Assembly (NCBI GenBank): GCA_965218425.1
Contig: OZ244621.1
Span: forward strand, 2,624,001 to 2,688,000
Reading direction: 5' to 3'
DNA: 64,000 nucleotides
Source of the DNA: an uncultured Candidatus Binatia bacterium
GTDB lineage: Bacteria > Desulfobacterota > Binatia > UBA9968 > CAXXLF01
The notes under the pieces were generated by a model. The model was not told the origin of the DNA. It saw nothing but the letters and a program-made list of their open reading frames with translations, and did not search any database. Position 1 is the first letter of the stretch. Every line of letters begins with the position of its first letter. Below are positions 28,168 to 37,122 of this stretch, piece after piece. Both the position numbers and the translations under genes were made by a program.

Positions 28168-29301
28168 ATGAGTGAACCATTTCTAAAGGCGGTGGGTCTG
28201 GAAAAGCGGTTTGGCAATGTGGCTGCCGTGAACAATATAAGTTTCGATATAGACAAGGGCGAGGTGCTTACCCTATTGGGTCCAAGCGGCTGCGGTAAGA
28301 CCACTACTTTGCGCATGATTGCGGGCTTTGAGAAGCCTGATACAGGGGAGATTGAGGTGGAGAACAATTTTGTGGTTTCGGTTCAAAGACGCATCTTCCT
28401 CCCTCCGGAGAAGAGGGAGTTGGGTATGGTCTTTCAATCCTACGCCATTTGGCCTCACCTGAACGTCTTCGAGAACGTTGCCTATCCTCTAAGGGTACGC
28501 CGTGTTAAAGGCGGTTTGGTCCGAGAGAAAGTGGAATCCGTCCTGGATCTGGTGGGTCTGGGTGGCCTCGAGGACCGGCCTGCAATGCTATTGAGTGGAG
28601 GGCAGCAACAGCGGGTGGCATTGGCCAGGGCCCTTGTCTATTCTCCCAAACTCCTGCTACTGGACGAGCCTCTATCCAATCTCGATGCTAAGCTCCGCGA
28701 GCAGATGCGGGTTGAGCTCAAAGAGCTGCAACGGCGTCTGTCCATTACCGTGGTCTTTGTCACCCACGATCAAATAGAAGCCATGACACTGTCTGACCGA
28801 CTCGCGGTGATGAGCCAAGGCAGGATCGAACACCTGGGGAGTCCGCAGGAGATCTATACGAAACCCGCAACCTCCTTTGTGCAGGAGTTTCTCGGTCGAG
28901 TCATTTGGCTGGAGGGGAATGTGGTTGAAGACAACCTGAAAAAAGTTTGTGTTGGGCTTTCGGGCGATGAGCCGGTGCAAATCCAATGCGACTCCACTGA
29001 TGGCGGAATGAAGACGGGGGAGCCGGTGGTGGTGGCAGTGCGACCGGAAGAGGTTAAACTGAGCAAGAGCAAAGAAGGCGATGGGTTGAATCAAGTGCCC
29101 TGCATTGTGGAAACGGCGGTTTTCCTGGGGGATCGATACGAATGCCATCTCCGTTTCGGTACCAATACGTTTACGCTTTACACCGCTGTCAACGAGCCCT
29201 ATACGGCGGGTCAAAAGCTCTATTTGGGAGTTTCAGACAAGACAGTCCGTATCTGGCGCAAGGCAAATGCAAGCCCGTTGGCCGTCGAGGGATCCGCATA
29301 G
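28168..29301 (+). CDS. ABC transporter ATP-binding protein (PotA/FbpC-type, TOBE domain)
   Basis: GPSGCGKT, VFQSYAIWPH, LSGGQQQR, LLLDEPLSNLDAKLR, VTHDQ. Confidence 0.93.
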   Translation: MSEPFLKAVGLEKRFGNVAAVNNISFDIDKGEVLTLLGPSGCGKTTTLRMIAGFEKPDTGEIEVENNFVVSVQRRIFLPPEKRELGMVFQSYAIWPHLNVFENVAYPLRVRRVKGGLVREKVESVLDLVGLGGLEDRPAMLLSGGQQQRVALARALVYSPKLLLLDEPLSNLDAKLREQMRVELKELQRRLSITVVFVTHDQIEAMTLSDRLAVMSQGRIEHLGSPQEIYTKPATSFVQEFLGRVIWLEGNVVEDNLKKVCVGLSGDEPVQIQCDSTDGGMKTGEPVVVAVRPEEVKLSKSKEGDGLNQVPCIVETAVFLGDRYECHLRFGTNTFTLYTAVNEPYTAGQKLYLGVSDKTVRIWRKANASPLAVEGSA

Positions 29302-29453
29302 CGAATACTAAGCCGCACCTACCGTTTAAGAGTGTCCGTGCGTGTGCGAGCCTAGATAAAAAAGGCTCCTAAAACAGCGACTTATACCGGTGCTGAACAG
29401 AGGGAAGATCAGCGGGTTGCATCTTCAGTCGCTCCCACCGGGCTTATGGTCCA

Positions 29454-29482
29454 TTGACAATCCGCTATCTACGCATTATCTT
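29454..29482 (+). promoter_or_regulatory. Sigma70-like promoter
   Basis: TTGACA-N17-TATCTT, 30 nt upstream of the FmdB-family ATG. Confidence 0.55.
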
Positions 29483-29512
29483 AAGGGAAAATCCACGGTT
29501 TGAAGGATTGTA

Positions 29513-29842
29513 ATGCCCATATACGAATATCAGTGTGAGAAATGCGGCGAGTTTGAGGTTACTCAGAAGATTACGGATCAGCCTCTCAATGTTTGCCCCA
29601 CCTGTGGGCAAAGTGTCAAAAAGCTCATTTCCAATAGCACATTCAAGCTCATGGGAACCGGCTGGTACCTTACCGACTATGCCCGCAAGGGGCAGTCTTC
29701 GGATGGTGCACAATCCGCCAATACACAACCCAAGACAGACGGTACGGCGGATACCAGCTCGGATAACAAAAAAGAGTCGTCTTCCACCGACCAGAAATCT
29801 TCCAGCCAAAAGGGTTCGGCCTCCACGGCTTCTAATACGTAA
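29513..29842 (+). CDS. FmdB-family zinc-ribbon protein with a Ser/Thr/Lys-rich tail
   Basis: [12 protein letters not shown]...CPTCG...KKLIS..F...GTGWYLTDY. Confidence 0.92.
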   Translation: MPIYEYQCEKCGEFEVTQKITDQPLNVCPTCGQSVKKLISNSTFKLMGTGWYLTDYARKGQSSDGAQSANTQPKTDGTADTSSDNKKESSSTDQKSSSQKGSASTASNT

Positions 29843-29863
29843 ATAGTTTTCCTAAACAAAGAG

Positions 29864-29887
29864 TTAACCGCAGATTCACGCCGATTA
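29864..29887 (+). repeat. Partial copy (head motif) of repeat family A
   Basis: TTAACCGCAGATTCACGCCGATTA. Confidence 0.5.
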
Positions 29888-29929
29888 GCGCAGAGAAGCG
29901 GTTATCTTCCGCCTCAAAATGAAGAGGGA

Positions 29930-30606
29930 TATATCCTAAATCTCCATTCATGGGATGTTGGAGTCTAGAGGGCCAGGGAGATTCAAGCAGAACTCCGCTC
30001 GAGCGTATCTCTTGTGGACTCGGTGCAAATCAACCAACTCCGCTGGGTTGGCGGTGCGGACGTGTCTTACTCTGCAAAGGAGGGGATTCTTTATGGTGCG
30101 GCGGTGGTCTTGAGTTTTCCGGAGCTATCGGTTGTAGAGGCGAAATGGGTCAGGGATCGAGTTCGCTTCCCTGTATTCCCGGCCTGTTAAGCTTTCGTGA
30201 GGCACCTGTCCTGGTAAAGGCCTTCAGTTTATTGCGGCAGCGACCTGACGCGATGATCTTCGATGGTCAAGGGATCGCTCATGGTCGGGGCGTGGGGTTG
30301 GCTTCTCATGTCGCTTTGTTTCTTAATGTTCCGTCTGTAGGATGCGCGAAATCGAGACTGATCGGTGATCATTTGCCGGTGAGGATGGAAAGCGGCTCCA
30401 TCAGTTGCCTTGAGTTTGAGGGGCAACATGCGGGGAATGTGATCCGGACGCGGGACGACGTGAAGCTCGTTTTCGTATCCCCCGGTCATCTTATGAGTAT
30501 TCAAGGGGCAACAGAGGTAGTCTTGGCCACCTGCCGACTTTACCGATTGCCGGAGCCCATTCGAATGGCTGACCAATTAGTGAATCGGCTCAGAAGGGAA
30601 GGATAG
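29930..30606 (+). pseudogene. nfi: Endonuclease V pseudogene
   Basis: Frame A: LHSWDVGV*RAREIQAELR...VGGADVSY...AAVVLSFPEL...VRFP (TAG at 29966-29968). A 1-nt loss near 30170 shifts into frame B: PCIPGLLSFREAP...DGQGIAH...VGCAKSRL...VSPGH...YRLPEP. No in-frame ATG. Confidence 0.85.
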
Positions 30607-30657
30607 CTTTCGTTCTTTCCTGTCAAGTGCGCGACAGAATGACTTCAACAAACTTTT

Positions 30658-30859
30658 TCGCGCCAAAGCGCTCCCACGTTGATATCCTAAATCTCAAGCA
30701 CGAAATCTCAAACAAACTGAAACACTCAAATCCAAAGATCAGAATCTAAAACGAGATTGTTTGGAATTATATGTTTTTCGATCATTTGGAGTTGTTTCGA
30801 GTTTCGAGTTTAGAATTATAATTATACTTGGCGCGCTTTGCGTCATAGCGCGAGTTATC
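30658..30859. repeat. Dispersed intergenic repeat family B (heptamer-periodic, quasi-palindromic)
   Basis: A-rich arm (AAATCTC/AAGCACG/AAATCTC/AAAC) and T-rich arm (TTGTTTCGAGTTTCGAG); core ATTGTTTGGAAT..TATG..TCATTTGGA.TTGTTT shared with 50953-51013; bounded by TCGCGCCAAAGCGC / CTTGGCGCGCTTTGCG. Confidence 0.7.
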
Positions 30860-30877
30860 TTTGTCGGGTGGGAATAG

Positions 30878-32863
30878 ATGAGCTTAATTCTTGGAATCGA
30901 TACGGGCGGCACCTTTACTGATTTCATTTCCCTCTCCAATGGGGAAGTGATTGTCCACAAGGTACTTTCTACACCGGACAATCCGGCGCGCGCCATTCTT
31001 GCGGGTCTAGGCGCATTGGTTAAAGAGTCGGAAGCGGTGAGCGTTACCTATGGAACCACGGTAGCGACCAATGCGCTTTTAGAGAGGAAGGGTGCGACGG
31101 TGGCCTTTGTAACCACCAAGGGATTTGAGGACCTAATTGAGATCGGTCGTCAAAACAGACCTGAACTCTATGACCTTGAACCGCAAAAACCGATTCCTTT
31201 GGTGCCCCGGTCCCTTCGAATCGGCGTCGCCGAGCGGGTGCTCGCCACTGGTCATGTACTCAACCCTTTATCCAAGAGGGAAATTTTGCGGGTTAAGAGT
31301 TGGGTTCGAAAGAGGGCCGTGGACTCCCTTGCCGTCGGATTCCTTCACTCGTACCGCAACCCATCCCATGAAAAAATAGCGGCCAGGGAGTTCGAATCCC
31401 TGGGTCTTCCCGTCTCTCTCTCTCACCGCATCCTTCCCGAATATCGTGAGTACGAGCGATTTTCCACCACGGCCGTCAATGCCTACGTCGCTCCTGTGAT
31501 TGCCGGGCACATGATGGAGCTTCACCGGGCCCTCAAAAGAAGCGTTGCCGGGTTGAACGGTTCCTTACGGGTAATGCAGTCCAATGGGGGAGCCATGACC
31601 CTAGGTGGAGCCAGTGAGCATCCCGTGCGGACCTTACTTTCGGGACCTGCCGGAGGGGTGGTGGCGGCCCATGAGTTGGCGACACGGGCTGGAGTGAAGA
31701 AAATGATTAGCCTTGATATGGGAGGCACTTCTACCGACGTGTGTCTGGTGAACGGGGAAATCCCATTGACTTCTGGAAAGTTGCTGGCTGGGGTCCCTGT
31801 GCAAGTTCCAATGGTGGATATTCATACCGTGGGAGCAGGGGGAGGCTCCATTGCCCGTCTGGATGAAGGAGGGGCCCTAAAAGTGGGACCCGAAAGCGCT
31901 GGCGCCGACCCAGGTCCCGTTTGCTACGGTCGGGGTAGCAAGGTGACGGTGACCGATGCCAACCTTTTTTTGGGGCGTTTAAACCAGGATCGATTTTTGG
32001 GTGGAAGGATGAGCCTGGATATGGCGCGGACCACCAAAATCATGGGGGCGTTCGCCCGTACAGTGAAACTGAGTCCATCGGCCATTGCCTGGGGTATCAT
32101 CCAGGTGGTCAACAGCAATATGGAGCGAGCCATACGGGTTGTATCTCTGGAGCGGGGGCTGGATCCTGGGGAGTTCACTTTGGTTGCCTTTGGAGGTGCG
32201 GGTGGCCTTCATGCGGCGGACTTGGCGGAGGGACTCGGAATGTCTCACGTGGTAATTCCACTTCGGCCTGGCCTCCTGTCTGCTTGGGGCATGGCGGTTT
32301 CCCCACTGGTGAAAGATTATTCGCTCTCCGTGCTGGAATCCAATGCCAACTTCGGGGAAATTGAAAAACAAATTTCCGCTTTAACTGCGCGTGGGCTCAG
32401 GGAGATGGGTCGCGAAGGGTTGAAAAAGAAAGAAAGCAGAGTCTTTCTTTCAGTGGATATGCGCTATGCGGGTCAAGCCTATGAGATCAACCTTCCATGG
32501 GATAGAGGTTTTGCTCGTCGGTTCCACCAGTTGCACGAAGCTCGCTTCGGTCATTGTGACCCCTCCAAGGAGGTGGAAGTAGTTACCTTAAGAGTGCGTA
32601 TCCAGGGAAAAAAGGGAGTCAAAAAACCGCGCCCATTATCATTGAAACCGGGCAGCGGCAAACAGGCGTCTATCGGTCAGAGGAACGTTTATTTTGAAAA
32701 GCGCTTGCTCCGTTGTTCCACCTATGAGAGAGAGCGGCTGAATCCCGCCGACTGCATTCGGGGTCCAGCCGTTATCCATGAGTTCAGTTCTACCGTGGTG
32801 GTTCCGCCGGACTGGCAGGTGCGAGTGGACAAGTATTCTAACTTGGATCTCTTAAGAAACTGA
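30878..32863 (+). CDS. Hydantoinase A / 5-oxoprolinase family ATP-dependent subunit
   Basis: GIDTGGTFTD, KVLSTP, GTTVATNALLER, LLSGPAGG, DMGGTSTD, SAGADPGP, FGGAGGLH, MRYAGQAYE. Confidence 0.93.
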   Translation: MSLILGIDTGGTFTDFISLSNGEVIVHKVLSTPDNPARAILAGLGALVKESEAVSVTYGTTVATNALLERKGATVAFVTTKGFEDLIEIGRQNRPELYDLEPQKPIPLVPRSLRIGVAERVLATGHVLNPLSKREILRVKSWVRKRAVDSLAVGFLHSYRNPSHEKIAAREFESLGLPVSLSHRILPEYREYERFSTTAVNAYVAPVIAGHMMELHRALKRSVAGLNGSLRVMQSNGGAMTLGGASEHPVRTLLSGPAGGVVAAHELATRAGVKKMISLDMGGTSTDVCLVNGEIPLTSGKLLAGVPVQVPMVDIHTVGAGGGSIARLDEGGALKVGPESAGADPGPVCYGRGSKVTVTDANLFLGRLNQDRFLGGRMSLDMARTTKIMGAFARTVKLSPSAIAWGIIQVVNSNMERAIRVVSLERGLDPGEFTLVAFGGAGGLHAADLAEGLGMSHVVIPLRPGLLSAWGMAVSPLVKDYSLSVLESNANFGEIEKQISALTARGLREMGREGLKKKESRVFLSVDMRYAGQAYEINLPWDRGFARRFHQLHEARFGHCDPSKEVEVVTLRVRIQGKKGVKKPRPLSLKPGSGKQASIGQRNVYFEKRLLRCSTYERERLNPADCIRGPAVIHEFSSTVVVPPDWQVRVDKYSNLDLLRN

Positions 32864-33263
32864 ACCTGTCTTGTGAAACACGGGGTCCTTTTACACACAG
32901 ACCCCATGTTGAAACGAAAGTCTCCATTCGAATCCGTCCATCTACCCCAAGAGAGTCCGGAGTGTCTGGATCCACTTTTCCCGTGACCGTTAAACCCTTG
33001 GCGGATTGGTACCGTTTCGGGGCGGAAACGGTCTTTGGGCCCATGATGCCGCCGGGACGTCCCGATTGATACCCTTCAGCTCTCAATAGCTGTTGGGCTT
33101 TGCGAACCTGTTGCCGACTTGGGGTAAATTCATTTTCCTTGGAGAAGATACCTTTCACCTTGGAGGCGGCAATTTTGGCGTCCTCTTTCAGACCACGAAA
33201 GGTGGAGCATCCTCCCAAGGCAAATACGAAAACAACCACGAAAAGAGCAACGAACCTGTTCAT
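32838..33263 (-). CDS. Small lipoprotein: entericidin-like N-terminus plus peptidoglycan-binding (PG_binding_1) domain, possibly decaying
   Basis: LGGC lipobox; VRKAQQLLRAEGY..G..GIMGPKT..A.KRYQ..KGLTVTG; GGAGG RBS; 26-nt convergent overlap with the hydantoinase A gene. Confidence 0.7.
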   Translation of the reverse strand: MNRFVALFVVVFVFALGGCSTFRGLKEDAKIAASKVKGIFSKENEFTPSRQQVRKAQQLLRAEGYQSGRPGGIMGPKTVSAPKRYQSAKGLTVTGKVDPDTPDSLGVDGRIRMETFVSTWGLCVKGPRVSQDRFSFLRDPS

Positions 33264-33377
33264 TTTGTGCCTCCCCGATATCGATCCGGCCTTTGATCGG
33301 TTTTAGTTGCCAAAGTGGGGGCCGCCCCTTTACTGATGCCGTGGTTTTAACATTGGCGGACCTGCTTAGGATTCGAG

Positions 33378-33392
33378 GCAAGAAAAGTGCCT
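33378..33392 (-). promoter_or_regulatory. Sigma54-like -24/-12 promoter upstream of the lipoprotein gene
   Basis: Minus strand AGGCACTTTTCTTGC (GG-N10-GC). Confidence 0.55.
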
Positions 33393-33639
33393 TTAAAATA
33401 GCGTGAACCTATAAGCAAAAAATAGTCGCTGTTGTACCACCTTTGTCAGAACCCGCCCGGGCTCGGGTCACTCAAGATTGCGGGATTGTCTATCTCTGCC
33501 TTCGGATGATTCCCAAGCGTGCAGAATGGTTCACGAATGATACTCGCGGCTCAAATGTTAAGCTGTTGCGGTGAGTTGGGTTTGCGGTTCGTTCTGACGA
33601 GAAGAGTTTGATTTAAAAGCGGTTTTAATCTAGGGCCTG

Positions 33640-33870
33640 GCTCAGATTCTTTCCCTTGAAGTGTTCAGCAAAACAGCTTCACTCAGTTTATCGCGCCAAG
33701 TCATTGACGTCGCAAAGAAAAATATTTTTATGCTCTCCGAACTTGGCATGCTTTGCGGTTCGACCGATTCGACAGGCTCACGGCCCTGAGGCTCTCGAAG
33801 GACGCGAGTCATTTTTTCCCGGAATGCGCTATCCAAGATTCTGCTGAAAATTTCAAATACGTCGGGTTAG
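33640..33870. repeat. MITE-like element related to family B, with a nested REP-like hairpin (33768-33801)
   Basis: Imperfect subterminal IR TTGAAGTGTTCAGCAAAA / ATTCTGCTGAAAATTTCAA; internal TCGCGCCAAG...CTTGGCATGCTTTGCG...GCGAG as at 30658-30859; TTCGACAGGCTCACGGCCCTGAGGCTCTCGAA. Confidence 0.55.
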
Positions 33871-34823
33871 CTTTTGGACAGCTCGAGGAGAAGTCTCCTC
33901 CAGGATTCAGACTCGCCCTTGGGATCCACCAGGGGGGATAGACGGGTGCAGTGGTCTTTCAGTTGGCGGTAAAAGTATGGTTCATTTTCAGCTTTTTGCA
34001 GGAGGCGGGTCAGGGCACGAGTATCGCCAACCGGGAAGTATCCTGGGTAGTTCTCGCCAAGTGTCCCCATTAGGCCGGTAATTTTTGAAGCCAACACCGG
34101 TATCGATGAAGCAAGGGCCTCGGACAGGACATTGGAACTTCCTTCAATCTTGGAACTGAGTGACATCAGGTGACTGTGGGCCAATACTTGGCGTGTCTTC
34201 CAATGGGGCAGCTCTCCTACCCAGTGATAGCGAGGGTTGCGCTCAACTTCCTTCCGCGCCCGCTCTCCCATCTCATTGCTCAGTGCGCGTCCTACATGGG
34301 TGATCCGTACACGAGACGATACAGGAAGCTGGCGGGCGGCCATGGCCGTGCGAAAGGGGTCCTTCTCGGGGCGCAGGTGTCCAACCACACAGACTTTGAA
34401 GACCTTACTTGCATTGGAGGCCTTCCCATTGACTTTAGGGGCTGACTGATAAATCGCCCGGGTCTTGCTGTGAAGGCGCCGTGGGAGTTCCTCCATGGCC
34501 TTCCTTTGCAGAACGATGAGATGCGTGGCAAGTTCGAGGGATTCCTGGGCACGGGAGTCCTTGCGGATATCCCGGTAAAGATCGGTGCCCGTGAGTACTA
34601 CAATGAGTGGAAGATTGGGAAACTTTTCGCGATAATGGCAGATGGACTCATAACTGCGCAGGGCGTGCAGGGCAATTAGCAGGTCGCATGATCGGCCGTT
34701 ATAGTTTCGTTCGACACTAACACGGTGACCCAGCCGCTTTAAGATCCCTGCCCATCGAAGGGCTGTAATCTGGTTGCCGTTTCGGGCATGGGGTGGCGCC
34801 GGCGTAATGAGCTTGATTCTCAC
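33867..34823 (-). CDS. senB: Selenosugar synthase SenB-type glycosyltransferase (TIGR04348 family, GT-B fold)
   Basis: ITPA..ARNGNQITALRW, LIALHALRSYESI, VVLTGTDLYRDI, SLELATHLIVLQ, VGHLRPEKDP, WVGELPH.KTR, SKIEGSSNVLSEA, LGENYPGYFPVGDT: the motif series I recall for SenB; GTG start with GAGG RBS. Confidence 0.88.
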   Translation of the reverse strand: MRIKLITPAPPHARNGNQITALRWAGILKRLGHRVSVERNYNGRSCDLLIALHALRSYESICHYREKFPNLPLIVVLTGTDLYRDIRKDSRAQESLELATHLIVLQRKAMEELPRRLHSKTRAIYQSAPKVNGKASNASKVFKVCVVGHLRPEKDPFRTAMAARQLPVSSRVRITHVGRALSNEMGERARKEVERNPRYHWVGELPHWKTRQVLAHSHLMSLSSKIEGSSNVLSEALASSIPVLASKITGLMGTLGENYPGYFPVGDTRALTRLLQKAENEPYFYRQLKDHCTRLSPLVDPKGESESWRRLLLELSKS

Positions 34824-34957
34824 ACTGGACCTCTGCTCTATGCAATTACGCGATCAGGCGCTCGGTTGGGGCTGGATACGGTCAATTGGTAAAACTCAAT
34901 GTTGCCCATCTGGCTCTTCCCGAAGGTTCAATTTTTGCGAATGTACGACACTTGCCC

Positions 34958-36142
34958 TCAAGTATCAAGTTCAAGATTGATTTTCATCATCTCCAACCAT
35001 GGGTGAAATTCTTCAAACCAAGGTTCCCGTTGATTTTCCAAGAGAAATCGATAGGCCCCTCCAAGGTCGGCTCGTTTTTTTTGCGTAAGGGCCAGGGGTT
35101 TTTCCTTGTCCTTTGAACCGTTGACCTGCTCACAAAATCTGCGAATAACCCGCCAGTGAGGTAATGCCGTTGAACCGAGTCGCTCCGTAACCGCAACTTC
35201 CCAACTCGATTCGGGATCATATCGGACCGGGTTGGAGGCATAGTCGAAACAGGTGGCAAGGGGAATGAAGCTAAGATTTTCCTGCAATAAAGGGTTATTC
35301 AGATAACCATATACCAGTTCCGGCAACCGGGGGTCTCGGCTTTTTAGGGGACCCAAATGCATTTCCATGCTCATGGTGAGGTCGTTCACGGGATAGTTGT
35401 CCCAAAGAATGAGGCGGCGGTGGAGGGCTTTCTTTACTTTTCTCGCATGGGCCAAGGTGATGGACTTTGAGACCACCGCCGGGCCAGTCCAGAAGCAGCA
35501 TACCGATTCGGGCAGATGCTCATCCAGGGTCTCAAGGAATGAGGGCTCAAAGGCCCCAAAGGTTCGAGCAAGAAAGGGATCTTCCGTGTAGTAGGAAGGG
35601 CAGATCCACCATTCCACTTCGTTCCAGAACTTCGATTGTCGGTTCAATATTGTTTTTAGCCACAGACCTTCGGCCTTTGCCAAGCTCCCGTCGAATAGTT
35701 TTTTGTCTTGGGGAAATTCCAACTGGGAGGGGATATCATCGAACAGGACAGCGAAGGTCCGTACACCGGCCTCGTACAGGCCCTTGGCTTTGGCAAGCAG
35801 CCAGTCCACGGGTTCGGCTGCGCCAAAGTGGAGTCCCTTTCCTGGATGAAACCCGTAGACGAAATCCACATCATGCTTGGTGGCTTCACCAATGAGTTGT
35901 AACAAATCCTGCCATTGCTGCTCTGGGTAGGGTTTTTCCCAGTGTTCCCTGTGATAGGGGTCATCTTTTGGGGCGTACAGGTAGGTATTCATTCTCCTTC
36001 TCTGTCCGAACTCGAAAATCGCGGCCCGATGGGACATACTCCAGGGGGGACCGAAAAATCCCTCAACAATGCCACGACGCTGAAAAGTCTGATCCGCAGG
36101 CATAGGATGAGTCAAAAGATATTTTGATTGTTTGTCAAGCAT
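34958..36142 (-). CDS. GH84 beta-N-acetylglucosaminidase (O-GlcNAcase-like), catalytic domain only, no signal peptide
   Basis: RGIVEGFFGPPWS, MNTYLYAPKDDPYHR, FAVLFDDI (catalytic Asp-Asp), CPSYY, WTGPAVV, LWDNYPVND; start could be 36142, 36160 or 36166. Confidence 0.9.
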   Translation of the reverse strand: MLDKQSKYLLTHPMPADQTFQRRGIVEGFFGPPWSMSHRAAIFEFGQRRRMNTYLYAPKDDPYHREHWEKPYPEQQWQDLLQLIGEATKHDVDFVYGFHPGKGLHFGAAEPVDWLLAKAKGLYEAGVRTFAVLFDDIPSQLEFPQDKKLFDGSLAKAEGLWLKTILNRQSKFWNEVEWWICPSYYTEDPFLARTFGAFEPSFLETLDEHLPESVCCFWTGPAVVSKSITLAHARKVKKALHRRLILWDNYPVNDLTMSMEMHLGPLKSRDPRLPELVYGYLNNPLLQENLSFIPLATCFDYASNPVRYDPESSWEVAVTERLGSTALPHWRVIRRFCEQVNGSKDKEKPLALTQKKRADLGGAYRFLLENQREPWFEEFHPWLEMMKINLELDT

Positions 36143-36243
36143 GGGGCCCCGTTGACCCATGGTCAAATTTGGGGTTTGGTTAGTTCGGGTCGTTTTTTCT
36201 GACGGTGAAAATATTGTTTTTGCATGGGAGCGCTGCGAAATAT

Positions 36244-37059
36244 ATGGATACGCCTAAAGCAATCTTTAAAAGCCCAAAATTCCTCCAGGCCATTGCTGTT
36301 ATATTCGTAAGCTATGCCGTGGTCTATGCTCAAGGGCCTAGCACGGCCATGATCACCATTCCCGCGGGGCCGTTTATAATGGGAAGCGATAGAGGTCCTG
36401 AGGACGAAAGGCCCGCGCACGCTGTAGAGCTCCCGAGTTTTGCCATTGACCGCACTCCGGTGACCAACGCTCGGTTTGCCGTGTTTTTGGACGTGGCGGG
36501 TCCGGAGAGTCCCGAGGGAAGACGCTTCTATGATGTTGACGATAATGACGCGCGCATCCACCGGATGGATGGAAGGTGGCAAGCCGATGATGGTTTTGCA
36601 GATCATCCGGTGATGGAAGTTTCCTGGTTCGGTGCAACAAGCTACTGCGGTTGGGCAGGTAAGCGCCTGCCCACGGAAGCGGAATGGGAGAAGGCAGCCA
36701 GGGGAACCGATGGTCGCAGGTTCCCTTGGGGAAACATCCCTCCAGATTCCAGCAGGGCTCAGTTCGATGCGGGATGGAATGAATCCGCTCCTGTGGATGG
36801 TTTTCCAGCTGGGGCGAGTCCCTACGGAGTTTTGGATCTTTCAGGGAATGCCTGGGAGTGGGTTAGCAGCGCCTATCTTCCCTATCCTTATAACCCGTCA
36901 GATGGCCGCGAAGATTTACGGGCGGGTCCAGTTCGTGGCACACGAGGGGGAGGCCACGATTCGCCGGCTGAGGAGTTGACCACAACCCATCGGGGTGAGA
37001 ACCTTTCGCGTAACTATCGAGGGGGACACCATAACATTGGGTTTCGTTGTGCAAGGTAG
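36244..37059 (+). CDS. FGE-sulfatase (SUMF1/EgtB/PvdO) domain protein, probably exported
   Basis: Signal-like N-terminus; IPAGPFIMGS, ERPAHAV, TPVTNARF, RLPTEAEWEKAARG, DLSGNAWEW, NIGFRCA; no DinB domain and no FGE catalytic Cys pair. Confidence 0.85.
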   Translation: MDTPKAIFKSPKFLQAIAVIFVSYAVVYAQGPSTAMITIPAGPFIMGSDRGPEDERPAHAVELPSFAIDRTPVTNARFAVFLDVAGPESPEGRRFYDVDDNDARIHRMDGRWQADDGFADHPVMEVSWFGATSYCGWAGKRLPTEAEWEKAARGTDGRRFPWGNIPPDSSRAQFDAGWNESAPVDGFPAGASPYGVLDLSGNAWEWVSSAYLPYPYNPSDGREDLRAGPVRGTRGGGHDSPAEELTTTHRGENLSRNYRGGHHNIGFRCAR

Positions 37060-37122
37060 TTTCCCCCTTCCTGCAGGTTTGTATGGTGCATTCGTGAAGG
37101 TGGACGAAACCCACGGCGAGCT

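Noticed and set aside
29966..29968. Stop-codon readthrough (pyrrolysine or recoding) in nfi
   Set aside because: The accompanying frameshift and motif erosion indicate a pseudogene; other genes in the window end normally at TAG.
30658..30859. CRISPR array in the repeat-rich intergenic regions
   Set aside because: No identical direct repeats with regular unique spacers, and no cas genes.
33446..33599. GTCAGAAC...GTTCTGAC terminal inverted repeat
   Set aside because: Only 8 bp perfect with a weak extension, and a single copy; insufficient to call an element.
34824..34960. Selenocysteine readthrough of the GH84 TGA or a SECIS near senB
   Set aside because: A second TGA follows after 9 codons and no convincing SECIS hairpin was seen; no in-frame TGA selenoprotein was recognised in the window.
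36244..37059. Calling this senA/egtB because it is near senB
   Set aside because: Only the FGE domain is present; there is no DinB domain or His triad, and it has a signal-like N-terminus.
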